Assembly: GCA_964016885.1 (NCBI GenBank)
Contig: OZ024750.1
Span: 19,840,001 to 19,904,000 of the forward strand
Source: Eledone cirrhosa
Taxonomy: Eukaryota
Length of the DNA stretch: 64,000 nt
Reading direction: 5' to 3'
The notes under the pieces: model-generated
Told to the model about the DNA's origin: nothing
Seen by the model: the letters and a program-made list of their open reading frames with translations, nothing else
Database searches by the model: none
Translations under genes and position numbers: made by a program
Part shown: piece by piece, positions 26,946 through 40,173 of the stretch
Layout: the number at the start of each line of letters is the position of its first letter
How positions within the stretch are numbered: position 1 is the stretch's first letter

Positions 26946-27081
26946 TAATAATAAATGTGAAGACTAAAATCCGAAGGATTTATATATGCATAAATATATA
27001 TAAAACCGTAGAGGAAATATTTATTATAAGAACAGATTAAAGTTCAAGCACCCATTATTTGCTTAAACTTTAATCTGTTCT
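26946..27081. mobile_element. Family K fold-back element
   Basis: Hairpin 27029-27050 / 27060-27081. Relatives at about 2738, 48895-48958 and 51462-51665. Confidence 0.6.
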
Positions 27082-27101
27082 AATAATAATATATATATAT
27101 A

Positions 27102-27238
27102 TAACGAAGTAGTTGTGGTAAGGAACCAGATGGACCATAACGCACCAGAGTACTCAATACTTTGGGTAGTAGAGTGGGTAATAGGAGAAATTATGACCCC
27201 GACGGCAGAGCTCAAGCCGTTTCGATGGCTATTTCTGG
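27102..27238 (-). mobile_element. Family A copy
   Basis: Matches 492-650 in both orientations. Confidence 0.75.
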
Positions 27239-27997
27239 TAAGAGTTTTTTTAGTCTGGTAAATAAATAGCCGAAATTTCCAATGGGTATTTCCTGATATG
27301 GGAAGAATGTAGTTGTCAAAAGGACTGGTCAAAATGTGTAGCAGACACAGAAAAGTCTATCATGGCAGTAGAACGTTAAGGGAGTGGGTAGAGCCGTTCA
27401 AGCGTAGAATGTGAAATCTACACGGCAAATTCGAAGTGTATGAAAGTAGGCCAGTGGAGGTTGGCAAAAAAAGGTTTATTTAGAAAATGGAGGAGGGACA
27501 TATTAGAAATAGTAAATCAAATGCGATTGGGGGACAATGAAAAGACATAATAAAAGAGAATATAATAAAAAAATGAGAGAAAGATGTATCAGAATGTAAG
27601 ATTGTAAAGTTAGAAGTGAAATAAAACTAGGGAGTATAACACAGCTGCTATATTTAGTCGGTGCTGCTATCTCGCCTAAAGCTATAGAATGAGTTGCTAG
27701 ATGAGAATTATTGAAAATTTGGAATTCTATATTTTCTATATTCTAAATTTTCAATAATTCTCATCTAGAAACTCATGCACATGTATATATATATATATAT
27801 ATATACACACACATAGGAGTAACGTGTGAAGTATCACATTCAGTGCGTATACATTTACATTAACACGTGTTGAATAAATGTTAAACCAATATTATTATGT
27901 ATACCAGAAATAGGACCCATTATAGTTCATACGATGGTGTAAAACCTGAGAAAATCTGTTTTAAATTAATATAGCTTTTAGAGATTAAAAAAATATA

Positions 27998-28183
27998 AAT
28001 ACACGCATTTATATATACATATGAATATATATGAATACACACATTTATATATACATATGAATATGTATGAATACACACATTTATATATACATATGAATAT
28101 ATATGAATACACACATTTATATATACATATGAATATATATGAATACACACATTTATATATACATATGAATATATATGAATACA
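27998..28183. repeat. 36-bp minisatellite, about 5 units
   Basis: Unit ATACACACATTTATATATACATATGAATATATATGA. Confidence 0.9.
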
Positions 28184-28307
28184 CTAATGTACATATAGAG
28201 GATGTTCCCCAAAATATATACACACTATGATTACCTGTGCAGGCAATATTTATTTGAACGCTGATCAAGTGTGTATACATTTTGGGACACAGATATATAA
28301 GTATATA

Positions 28308-28343
<36 letters not shown>

Positions 28344-28345
<2 letters not shown>

Positions 28346-28523
28346 GATGAGATTCTACAGGACTAGAACTGTTTCATTCATTAGAAATCATCAGGAATGA
28401 TGATTTCTAATGAATGAAACAGTTCTAGTCCTGTCGAATCTCATCTATATTAAAACTGTTATACTCTGCTATGTATTGAGTACCTTACTTACTGTGGTTA
28501 CCTCCGATTCAACCCGGAATAAC

Positions 28524-28525
<2 letters not shown>
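28344..28525. mobile_element. Family B fold-back with an intact hammerhead on the minus strand (28352-28398)
   Basis: Minus strand: ATTC-CTGATGA-tttctaatgaat-GAAACAG..CTGTA-GAAT. The plus arm lacks the first core C. GTATTGAGTAC at 28473-28483. Confidence 0.8.
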
Positions 28526-28592
<67 letters not shown>

Positions 28593-28804
28593 ATATATAC
28601 ACACGCTGTTGCTTCTTCCTACGCTTCTCATTGTAATTTGTTTCCCATCTTTCAAACATGTAGAGCTGTACACTAAATCATGCATACACACAATCACGCA
28701 TAGACATGCAGACACACACACACACACACGCGCACACACCCACACCCACACACACATACACACACGCACGCACACACACACACACACACACAGACACACA
28801 CACA

Positions 28805-28835
<31 letters not shown>

Positions 28836-28962
28836 TAATACCTATACTTCAAAACTTATTTATCAATTTGCTAAATTCTTTTTCTTTGCGTCTTCCTTCC
28901 TATTTCACTGTAATTCGGATGTGCTTATTCAACTTAATGAATTACACACTCGAATTTATATG

Positions 28963-29034
<72 letters not shown>

Positions 29035-29064
29035 GTATACATATGAATATATATGTAATATATC

Positions 29065-29101
<37 letters not shown>

Positions 29102-29136
29102 TATAAATATATATATATATACAGATATATATATAT

Positions 29137-29192
<56 letters not shown>

Positions 29193-29317
29193 CTATGTAT
29201 CTATGTATATCTATGTGCTTGTGTGTGCGTAATAACTATTCAGAGATAACAAAGCAAAAGACGCATTTATATATATATGAATATATACACACATATATAT
29301 AAACATACATACATACC

Positions 29318-29361
<44 letters not shown>

Positions 29362-30612
29362 TACATTTATTTTTTATATACGTACATATTTTAATATTTA
29401 CATAATTATATTCATGTGTGTATATGTGTGTGTGCATGTGTGTCTGTGTAACATGATATTACAATGCATATCAACATATACGCATTTATGTATGTGTATC
29501 TGTTGTGTATCTACTAATCTCTAGTTAATCATGCTACACATAAAAACGAAAGTCTTGAGTGAATTCAGATCCTGTGGTGTTTTCATGCATTTGCTTTTCA
29601 ATTACAAAAATTTAGATTCTATGTTTTAGAAACTTTCCTTTAGCCATATTATAAATATTAAAAAACAACCCTAAAACATGAAATTATGAAGTTAACTAAA
29701 ATATAAATAAATGTATTTTTACAGAAAACATATTTTTTTTTATCAAATTTAGAAGCTATCAGCTTTTAAGCAATGAAGTTGTTTTCAATTTCATTTGCTT
29801 AGAAGCTATTAATGGCTAAATAATTTTTTCTGAGCCATCATGCTTTTTTTTTCGTTTTTTATTTTGCTGTCATTTTCTTTGAAATCGCAAGCAATTCGCA
29901 TGTTTAAAGTGAAAAATAAATATAAATTAGCAGCCAACATGTAATAATTATAAAGCAGTATATGAAATGAAATGCCGTTAAACTATCTGCCTGCATTTGA
30001 AAAAAAATCAACAAATATTTGAAATACATAAATTCGATGAACCAAACCGGGAATAGCTTTTAGCAGCTGGAAACTAAATAACTGTTAGGTTTTATATGAA
30101 TGCATTTCTTTTTGTATTTACTCTAACTTTTAATTCAGTGGAAATGCTAAAGCTACATTTCCACCGAGAAATATTGCTAATAATGAGACAAAGGAATCTG
30201 CAATGAATGTGTTACATTTCTGCAAATATAAAATAAAATAATATGAACTAATATGTATATTTGAAAGTGTCTATAAAATATAAAAGAATTATAAAATATG
30301 TAAAAACGATGTAGACTGAATATATCAGTTTTTTTCAAAAAACTATTTGTAGTCCCAAGTGTCCTGGAGAATTTCAAGAATATTCCATGAGAAAGAATAG
30401 CGTCCTTGCATTAATAACTTACAATATAAAGCAGACAAATGTAGACACAGACACAGATGGACACAAACACATTTCCATGTAACAATGTCTGTGTAGATAC
30501 TGTATGTATGTGTGCTTGCTTGTAAGCACTGTCTGAATACTCGAATGTGTTAATTCCCACAAATATCACATTCACACAAACAATAACACGCACTCATACA
30601 CACATTATATAT

Positions 30613-30796
30613 GATTGTCAGTATCGGTAGAGCGTCAGACAGCATGCTTTGCAGCATAGATTTATGGCCCTTTACCTTCTGAGTTCAAATCCTGCGAGGT
30701 TAACTTTGCCTTTCATCCTTACGGGGTCGATAAAATAAAGCACCAGTAATGAACTGGGGGTTATGTTGGCATTGTGCCAAAAGGAGAAACAATTAT
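30613..30796 (+). mobile_element. tRNA-derived SINE
   Basis: Matches the SINE consensus. Confidence 0.85.
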
Positions 30797-30802
30797 ATAT
30801 AT

Positions 30803-31125
30803 AGAATAAAAGAGAAAACACAGGTAAGCATTACTTCCAAATTTTCAAAATAATATTTTGAAAATTTGGAGGTGAATAACAGTTATTATCGAGTGGCTGG
30901 TATTGGCAGTGTAGTGATATAAGGTTGCGCTTACCAATGAAACTTCGTAAATACCTGGATAGTATCCTTTTTTTAATGCTTACCTGTGTTTTCTCTTTTA
31001 TTCTTTATACTCCAAGATTGAACGTGATTTACTAACCACATTCTTGCAAACTTCTGAGTTACCCCTAACCGTACGTTGGAAACTGTCCACGAACTGGATT
31101 ACAATAAGAAATGTTCTGCTTCCCA

Positions 31126-31128
<3 letters not shown>
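30803..31128. mobile_element. (TA)n-flanked element with a perfect 31-bp inverted repeat
   Basis: 30803-30833 vs 30974-31004, followed by TACTCCAAGATTGAAC. Confidence 0.55.
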
Positions 31129-31156
<28 letters not shown>

Positions 31157-31370
31157 AGTGGTTACACAACAGTTAGTTCACCATACCGAGAACAATTGTT
31201 TCACCTTCGCGGATCTTCAGCTCGGATCTACATCCCGAGCTGAAGATCCGCGAAGGTGAAAAATTGTTCTCGGTATGGTGAACTAACTATTGTGTAACCA
31301 CATCTATCTAACTCGTCCCTTGGACTGAGTGCTCTACTACTACGGATATTACCTGCCAGTGTTCAACCAC
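31157..31370. mobile_element. Family J fold-back element with a minimal hammerhead
   Basis: Arms 31158-31225 / 31235-31301. Minus strand 31186-31225: CCGAG-CTGAAGA-tCC gcgaa GGt-GAAAC-AATT-GTT-CTCGG. The plus copy lacks the C of GAAAC. Confidence 0.8.
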
Positions 31371-31955
31371 TATATATATATATATATATATATTATTTTA
31401 TACTTTGAATGGTTTCAGTCGATGGTCTTCCGCCATACTGTAGCACCATAACATGTTCTTTTCTCAGTTCCTTTGTCGTTTTATGACACTGTATGTCATA
31501 TATTTGATTACGAGTTCATGCAAATCATTTTTGAATGTATTAATATAGTTTTCTTTCATTTCAGTTATGTTTATGACGATATTTGAATGATTAGCTGTTA
31601 CATTAAATATGAAACTGTTATATAGTATTTTTTTATCTAGATGCATAAATACATATACTGTTCGTTTAAGTATATGCCAGTACAATATATATACATATTA
31701 TATATATACATTATATATATATACATTATACAATATATATACATTATTTCTGAAGACGGCATATATATGAGTTGGTATGTATATTTAATTTTGATAGTTT
31801 GTATAATTTTGTATAATTTTGTACATAGATCTGTTAAATATACATGCCAATTCTAACACATATATATCCCAGAAACGATCGTTAAATAATGAACCTTTTT
31901 TTGTTTAATATAAGGAACTGTTTCATTGTTTTATTCATTATTTTTTCAATATATT

Positions 31956-32003
<48 letters not shown>

Positions 32004-32133
32004 CGTTTGGGCGTGTATATATAAGTACATTATATATATATATATGTATATTACGGGTTCGATATATAAAGTACCAAAATGTTACTGCGGTGGTGCTTCA
32101 ATCAAAAATAATAATTATTATTAGATATGTGTG

Positions 32134-32280
32134 TGAGTTCACATCCCGCCGAGGTTAGGTTTGCCTTTCGTCCTTACGGGTTCGATAAAATAAAGTACCA
32201 GCAATGCACTGTACTCGATTTTATCGACTTTCCCTCCCCTACGTTGCTGGCCTTGTGCCTAAAGTAGAAACAATTATTAT
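32134..32280 (+). mobile_element. tRNA-derived SINE, 5'-truncated
   Basis: Matches the SINE consensus. Confidence 0.8.
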
Positions 32281-32832
32281 ATAAACGTGTGTGTACATAA
32301 TATATACATATATCTATGGATATATGTATATATTCCTGAACCTCTTTTTCGTGTGTTAAAGTTTATAATCAAACGTTTAGTTCTATAAAAAGTAACACAT
32401 GTAATATATGTTTGGAAAGTTTCATTTAGTTTCACAAAAGATCAAATACTTACCCTACAACAGTAAAACATTTTAACATATATATTTTGTTCAACATTCC
32501 CCTTTTGCCAATATATCTCATACTTTTAAACATTTCTTTTGCTATGTCTGTTGACTTTTTGCTCTAGGTATTTATAACATTAGTATACAAAGGCCATGAA
32601 TGTTATGTGAAAAGTCAGATATTTTCATACGAAAAGCAATTTGTTTTCTGTTAGTTTTTTACTGTTTACTTGATATAAGGTTAAATCATAACATTTACTA
32701 TATTTGTTCGTCTTCTCTGACAGCGGAACTTTCAGTAATGCAATATCATGCTAGGCTATCTTAATCCTCATCATAATCAACGTAAACTCTATAATCCTCA
32801 TCACCTTCAATATCATTATTATCACCATCACA

Positions 32833-33260
32833 GAGGGCGGTGGATTGACAGTATCGGTAGAGGGTCGGACGCCATGCTTTGCAGCATAGAGTTACGGCTC
32901 TTTATGATCTGAGCTCAAATCCTGCCGAGGTTAATTTTGCCTTTCATCCTTATGGGGTCGATAAAATAAAGTACCAGTCTCGCACTGGGGTCGATTTAAT
33001 CGACTTTCCCCTCCCCTCAAATTACTGGCATTGTGCCTATATAAGAAACCATTATCATCAACATCACAGGGCGGGGAATTGGCAGTATCTTTAGAAGGTC
33101 GGACGCTATGCCTTTTCAGCATAGAGTTACGGCCCTTTACGGTCCGACTTCAAATTCCATCGATGTTAACTTTGACTTTCATCCATACAGGGTCGATAAA
33201 ATAAAGCACCAGTAATGCACTGAGGTAATCGCTGGCTCTGTGCCAAAAGAAGTAACAATT
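32833..33260 (+). mobile_element. Two tandem tRNA-derived SINEs (32833-33056, 33068-33260)
   Basis: Both match the consensus, in a (CAT)-rich context. Confidence 0.85.
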
Positions 33261-34272
33261 AATATCAATATCACGTACAACCTTGTCCCATTTATGAGCA
33301 TGCTCGATGACGTCCACGTTATAATCGTTATCATGGTCATTGTGAAAATATTCATCGTAATAAAAGTTTTCTTCATGTGCATCATAATTAAAGCGATGAA
33401 TGTCTTCATCTTCATCACAACCATCATATTAACTTCTTCTTCTCTGATTTCATCTCCAAAATATTTACCATTGTCATTTTCATTAACATCATCCCACATC
33501 AACACATTCATCTTTATCGTTATCATAGTCATCAATATTTTCATGATTTCTGCCTCTCGCCATTGGCATCTTCGTAGTCGTCATGTTCACCCCCATCTCC
33601 GACATCGACAGTGTCTTCATCACCATCGTTACCACAAACAACTATATAATCACCGTTATCTACGTCATACTTGCAAGCAGCAGCAGTATCGCTTAAAAAC
33701 ATATATTTATATGCCTAGCTTGTGAATATAAATGTACTATCGCTTCAACTTTGACAGCGAACTTATTAATTTGTGGGAAAACAACACATAAACGATTACT
33801 ATATAATTTTTTTTCTAAAGCAAACACAAATACAACGATATAATATAGAAGTATTCTGTTGAGCTGGTTAGATGGTTAACATATAATAAAACCAAGATTT
33901 AACATACACCAGAACGTAATTAAATGTCAATTTATATATTACGATCTAAAATGCCACCAAATCACTTTTATTGTATAGAGGAACTTTGATCCGATGAAAG
34001 AAACAAAATGCGAATAATTTTCTATACGGTAGCTGTTGCATTTTGTGAGAAAACTTTAACTAATGCTATTTTTATGATTTGTGTAAAGTTCATGTACTGT
34101 TACTAGGAATATTTCATAGAGAATTAAGTATATGTGTGAAGAAACTACTAATTCATAATGTTTATGTGGTTGAAGGACACCAATGTGTATGTTTGTGTGT
34201 ATGTATGTATTTATGTATGTATGTGTTTATGTATGTATATATGTATGTACGTATGTATATATGTGTGTATGT

Positions 34273-34668
34273 TAAGAGTCAATGGCCATCCAAAATCACC
34301 GGGTGAGATGACCCCTTAGCCTTTGTCAAGGCAGAATTCTAGGAGAAGGAAAACTCTGATATAACACCTGCAACCCTGATGGTATCCAATGATGTTGACT
34401 TGTTCTTCTTTTTGGTAAATATCATCTTGGTTAAGAGAGTGGGACTGGCTTTGTGCAGTGCTTTTGCTCACTATAAAAGCTTCACGGCACAGGCATTGCT
34501 TTATATCTGGATATCTCTCTGCACTTGTCGTCACATGGTACCATGGGCCCAGCACTGTGTCAATAATTGTCACAAGTGTAGTGTTTGTACCAGAGTTTTC
34601 AAGTCGCTGGCTGGACTAAAAAGTCATATAAAGTAGTGGCCGTACTCGAAAACGAGTTGGCAGCCACT
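34273..34668 (+). mobile_element. RTE-like LINE 3' fragment
   Basis: Ends in HKCSVCTRVFKSLAGLKSHIK* (C2H2-like, as at RTE ORF ends), then the stem-loop GTGGC..ACTCG-AAAA-CGAGT..GCCAC and a (TATG)n tail. Confidence 0.55.
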
Positions 34669-35040
34669 ATGTATGTATATATGTATGTGTTTATATATGT
34701 ATGTGTGTATGTAAGAATGCATGTATGTATGTACGTATATATGTGTGTAATGTATGTATGTGTTTATGTATGTATGTATGTGTGTATGTATGCATGTATG
34801 TACGTATATATGTATGTTTATATGTATGTATGCGTTTATGTATGCATGTGTGTATGTATGTACGTATATATGTATGTGCGCATGTATGTATGTGTTTATG
34901 TATGTATGTATGTGTATATGTATGTATATATGTATATATGTATGTATGTCTGTATGTGTTTATATGTGTATGGGTTTATGGGTGTATGTATGCATGATTG
35001 TGTGTATGTACGTATGTGTGTATTTTTATATGTAGGTATA
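34668..35040. repeat. Degenerate (TATG)n repeat
   Basis: Seen directly. Confidence 0.9.
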
Positions 35041-35233
35041 TATTTATGTATATATTACTGTATGCCAATAATATATACATCTATCTATATATCCATCTAT
35101 CTATATATCCATCTATCTGTCTATAAATGGGCATTACTGATGAGTTGAAATCGATTCAGTTTTATTGGAATGGAAATTGACTTCATTTCTGTAGTTACAA
35201 TGCAACATACAAGCACACACAAGCATCTACATC

Positions 35234-35301
<68 letters not shown>

Positions 35302-35375
35302 TGAAAAAGGGCGAGCTGTGTTGTTGCAAATAGGATACATATAAAAATGAAGAATTAGAAATAGAAGCCAAGACT

Positions 35376-35437
35376 ATGCGTCATCAGTGGTCTACTAGAC
35401 ATCATAGGTATTTCTTCGCATTACAGACCATATACCT
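35376..35437 (-). ncRNA. Candidate non-circularly permuted hammerhead (copy 2)
   Basis: Minus strand: AGGTAT-A-TGGTCT-gta-ATGCG-aa-GAA-ATACCT-12 nt-AGACCA-CTGATGA-CGCAT. Confidence 0.6.
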
Positions 35438-35875
35438 CAGGCTAGGGTGATGCAATAACTAAAATAAGTTGAAAAACTTAGAAAATCAAGTCAATAATTC
35501 ATTTTGAATATAAGAACGTTTGAATATTGACGAGAAGACGAAAGACACATCTTGGCCATGCGAATGTGAGCGAGGAAAGAATTTCGTACGGTGTGGGACG
35601 ATGGAGGAAGGGAGAGAGAGGGTAAGTAGCAGACAGTGAGTGAAGAAAAGTGTGAGGAAGAGGCTAACTGAGAGAGGGTGACTAGCAGAGGGGGTGAGTG
35701 AAAGTAAGGGGGATAAGGAGAGAGAAGGGGGAGAGAGAAAGAGGATAGCATTAAGGGAAGACAAAAAGACAGGTCACAGCGAAGGAGAAAGCATATATGA
35801 ATGAAAAATGGCGAGCTGTGTTGGTGCATATATGATATATATAAAAATGAAGAATTAGAAATAGAAGCCAGGACT

Positions 35876-35937
35876 ATCCGTCATCAGTGGTCTATTAGCC
35901 ATCATAGGTATTTCTTCGCATTACAGACCATATATCT
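35876..35937 (-). ncRNA. Candidate non-circularly permuted hammerhead (copy 3)
   Basis: Minus strand: AGATAT-A-TGGTCT-gtaatgcgaa-GAA-ATACCT-12 nt-AGACCA-CTGATGA-CGGAT. Confidence 0.5.
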
Positions 35938-36929
35938 CAGGCTGGGGCGATGCAATAACTAAAATAAGTTATTGGGTTAAAAAGAGTTGGGTTGACTTGA
36001 TTTTCTCAATTTTTCCTCTTTTTACGTTGATTCACCATTCGTGTTTGTTTACCTGTCTCTCTTTCTCCACCCAACTAATGAGTCTCACCCTTTTTAATTG
36101 AAATTCTATTTCTATTTCCACCAATACATATTCTGAATTGTTGTGTTGTTTCTAGTTTCTCTTCCGTATAGAACGATGTCTCATTAATGCTGATTATATA
36201 ACTGCGAGTTGTATGATCTACAGGTTGCTATTCACTGAGGCAATGGTATTGTCTGTTGAATAATCATACAGACTAAATACACTAAATCATTTGAAATATC
36301 AAAATACTCATTTCGATCTCTGTAAATGTTACCGATAATTTCTGTTACTTACTATATATATTCCTTTCAAGGAGTCTCTACTTACGGCTCTGCGTTTTGC
36401 TTGCGAAATAGTACTGTAAGACAGACGTCCATAAAACTATTAGCAGACTGAATCAGATGAAAAATAACCTTAGTAAATAATGAAATACGTTAATTTCTTA
36501 GGATATAATATATATACACCAAACCGAATAAATGATATGAACTAATGATATGTTTACATAGAATGGAAGAATAAATCAAAATTAAGATAACATAAAACTA
36601 GAATTATCAGAATTATATAACTGACTTGTTCCAACATAATAGTCAATAAATATCACCATTATATTTCAAACGGAACAATTTCTATGTTAAGTTGTATAAT
36701 TTAAGCATCTAATATTTACAGTAAATGTGTATTTACATATTGGATAGAGATCGTACGATTATGAATTGTAATATTATGAGGATTTCCGCTGCCATGAATA
36801 ACTGGTATAGTGTTTTAATTTTTGATTGGGAATAAGCAATTAAACACAAACCATAAATCATCGATATAAATAGTTCAATTGGTTTATCTGTCAATAATCA
36901 CTTGTATTCACAATATATATATATATAAT

Positions 36930-37112
36930 GGCGGTGGATTGGCAGTATCGGTAGAGAGTCGGACACCATGCTTTGAAGCATAGAGTTACGTCCCTTTATG
37001 ATCTGAGTTCAAATTCCGCCGAGGTTAACTTTGCCTTTCATCCTTACGGAGGTCGTTAAAATAAAGTAGCAGTAATGTACTGGTTAATTGGTGGCCTTGT
37101 GCGAAAAGTAGA

Positions 37113-37119
<7 letters not shown>
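36930..37119 (+). mobile_element. tRNA-derived SINE
   Basis: Matches the SINE consensus. Confidence 0.85.
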
Positions 37120-37154
<35 letters not shown>

Positions 37155-37198
37155 CTTGCATATATATATATATATATTTTTATATATATATATATATG

Positions 37199-37370
37199 GC
37201 AAAATGTATGACCCAGACGGCAGAGCTCAAGCCGTTTCGACGGCTATTTCTGGATTAATGAGCTCCGTCGTCGGGGTCATACATTTCCTATTACCCACTC
37301 TACTACCCTAAGTATTGAGTACTCTGGTGCACTATGGTCCATCTGGTTCCTTACCACACCTCCTTCGTTA
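37199..37370 (+). mobile_element. Family A fold-back copy
   Basis: Matches 492-650; (TA)n flanks. Confidence 0.8.
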
Positions 37371-37423
37371 TATATATATAGAAAGAGAAAGAGAGAGAGA
37401 GACAGTGAGAGGTGTGTGTGTGT

Positions 37424-37483
<60 letters not shown>

Positions 37484-39251
37484 CTCTGTTAATCACTAGA
37501 ATTTAATTCAACTAGGCATTACACTTCTTATATCTATGTTACTAGCTTCCTTCCTTGAACCTTTCTCGCAGAGGTTTCAATTCCTTCTGGCATTCTTGAT
37601 TGCTATAATAATTTTTCTTTCAAAATTTTTGCCGTTCGTTTACTGATTCCTGGTTTAGCATATTGCTTTTCTCGCTTTCGTTTTCATCACCAAAATCATT
37701 ATATAGTTTCTTGTCGCCTATTGTATTGCTGGTTAGTTACCGGTATATTGGGAGCGACCTCCAATAAAATATAATCTTTCAAGATGGAACTCATCTAAAC
37801 GATTTTGATATCGGCTTGTATCTTACAATGATGAAAATGTCGTATCTGAATTGGAGGAGAAATGGTTATAATCCATGGAGAGAACAGTCTTTCTTAAAAT
37901 GTGATATAATAATGAAGAATATAAGAATATAAGAATATAATAATGAAGAATATAAGAATGAGGAATTTGTTATTTGTAAATAAACATTGCCTTTTGCCAA
38001 AGAGCTGTAAGTAAGAATTAACCAATGTAGCATTGGAATCGCTTTAAAACCCTTAATGATTAATATCAATGGGACAGCATAATCATATATCTTGTTTCAA
38101 TAATTTTGATGATGTTGATGACAAGGAATAATCATAAATTATATGCTAGTCAGCGGTACAAATTAACCTAAATTTGAAGACGGATAAAATAAATAACAAT
38201 ATGTATAGTATGTCAGTCTAAGAAGCATACTCTATCATTAGTATAGTCAATATAACTTCACTAACTCGGGATGTAAAACATTGTCCTTTCCTATATTTCC
38301 AATAAACCGATTCTGACAGATATGGTGTACGCAAATATCGGCTGTGCATTTTCTTTGAGATCGCCCTGATCCACATATATTTAATGACAGTTTCAATATA
38401 CTTGAGATCTGGCGATTCGATTTCACTGTCGAAGTTCTTTCACATAGTGTTTCTCTTAAGTTATGTTAAACACTTGCTGTAAAAGAGTTGTTACATTAAA
38501 TTCTACCATAAATTGCGCACGGAAAATACTCACTATAAAGAACACATCACGAGTATACATCATAACACAAAAAAAGTCTGCACACAAGCACACACTCACA
38601 CACATACAGGCACACATACAGGCACACACACACACACACACACAGACACAGACACACACACACACACACACACACACTCATCGGGACTTCGTGAAGTTCA
38701 TAGTTTATATATGGAACGGTAGCATGTGTGAAATTACAAAGTGAATCAAGAATGATCAAAGCAACGTAACCTATTATATGATAATATATAAAAGAAGTAA
38801 ATAAATATATAATTCCTCATCAAATGCTTATATGTTTGGCGTTTTTTTCTTATAATGTATTTACACACTCGTATGAACCAATGCTTCATAACAAATTCTC
38901 TGTTTTGAGATTCACTTTGGAAATACAACGTCAAAACAAACCTTCATATTTGACAAGCATGAAAACAAATATATATTCTCAAACATATGTCTCAGTAAAT
39001 TTTCAAGAACATATCTCATATTTTTATCGCAATTTATCAGTTTTCGTGGCAAAACATATTAGTTACGTAGTTAAAGTGAACATATTTACGATTCTGTAGA
39101 TTTTACTTCTGAAAAGCATATTATTTACCTTATTACAGAAGTAAATGTATTCTGCTTTATTAAAGAATTCCTTTTCGGAAAACATACTTTTTATTGATTT
39201 TCATTATTTATTTCTGAAGTGTTACAGCACTTCATCCTCCTCCTCCTCCTC

Positions 39252-39290
<39 letters not shown>

Positions 39291-39333
39291 ATAATAATAA
39301 TAATATTGTGTATATATTATTTTACATAGAAAC

Positions 39334-39517
39334 GGGCGGTGGATTGGCAGTATCGGTAGAGGGTCGGAGACCATGCTTTGCAGCAAAGAGTTACGGCCCT
39401 TTATGGTCTGAGTTCAAATCCCGCCGAGGTTAACTTTGCCTTTCATCCTTATGGGGTCGATAAAACAAAATACCAGTAATACACTGCGATAATTGTGCAA
39501 GAAGTAGAACAATTATT
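39334..39517 (+). mobile_element. tRNA-derived SINE with TSD
   Basis: Matches the consensus. TSD TATTT(T/C)ACATAGAAAC at 39318-39333 and 39514-39529. Confidence 0.9.
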
Positions 39518-39979
39518 TCACATAGAAACAATGTTTTCACATAAGCAAATTACACAATACTTTAGTTTATACAATTGAATATTCTGCTATGCTGAGAGCT
39601 CGCTGACAGAGATTCAATTCGATCTTACTCTTGTGTAAATCTGTGTAAGGACAGATGTTCTATTTAGCACGATGTCCATTTTGTCTCGCATGGTATTTAG
39701 AATGTTGCATTCTTAAACAGGGCATTTTAGTTAATGTTGCTTCTCATGATAGGCCTCTCGCGCCTATTATTAAATCACAATGGGAATATCATCTTTGACT
39801 CATGTAAACACACATATGTGTAAGCTGTAATAGCAATGACATGTTAAGACAGTGCCCTTCACTTTAAAACATCTGTGACACTAGCAGTAAGAAGGTAAAT
39901 CATAAGATGCCAGGTAAATCTGTGTAGGTGTTTGCTGTAAATTATTAGTTATCTGCAAGGAAAACCTGATGTTCTAATA

Positions 39980-40173
39980 AATAATTGTTTCTACTATTGG
40001 CACAAGGCCAGAAATTAGCCAGTACATTACTGGTACTTTATTTTATCGACCTCGTAAGGATGAAAGGCAAAGTTAACCTTGGCGGGATTTGAACTCAGAA
40101 TGGCAAGGGCTGTAACTCTATGCTGGAAAGCATGGCGTCCGACCTTCTACCGATACTGCCAATCCACGACCCT
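39980..40173 (-). mobile_element. tRNA-derived SINE with TSD
   Basis: Matches the consensus. TSD ATGT(T/C)CTAATAAATAAT at 39969-39985 and 40174-40190. Confidence 0.9.

Larger units (their letters stand above)
35298..35970 (-). mobile_element. Family G Penelope-like element with direct pLTR-like repeats
   Basis: Direct repeats of about 170 bp at 35298-35470 and 35798-35970, next to (TA)n. Confidence 0.7.

Noticed and set aside
27998-28183. CRISPR-like 36-bp periodicity
   Set aside because: Head-to-tail units without unique spacers, in a eukaryotic context.
33179-33725. 121-aa and 161-aa ORFs
   Set aside because: They span a SINE tail and decayed (CAT)n sequence, with no domain features.
34379-34636. 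Possible host C2H2 zinc-finger gene exon
   Set aside because: A single incomplete finger followed by a stop, a stem-loop and a (TATG)n tail fits a LINE 3' end better.
35131-35160. CTGATGA-GTT-GAAA-TCGAT hammerhead-like motif
   Set aside because: No stem II, no stem I pairing, single copy.
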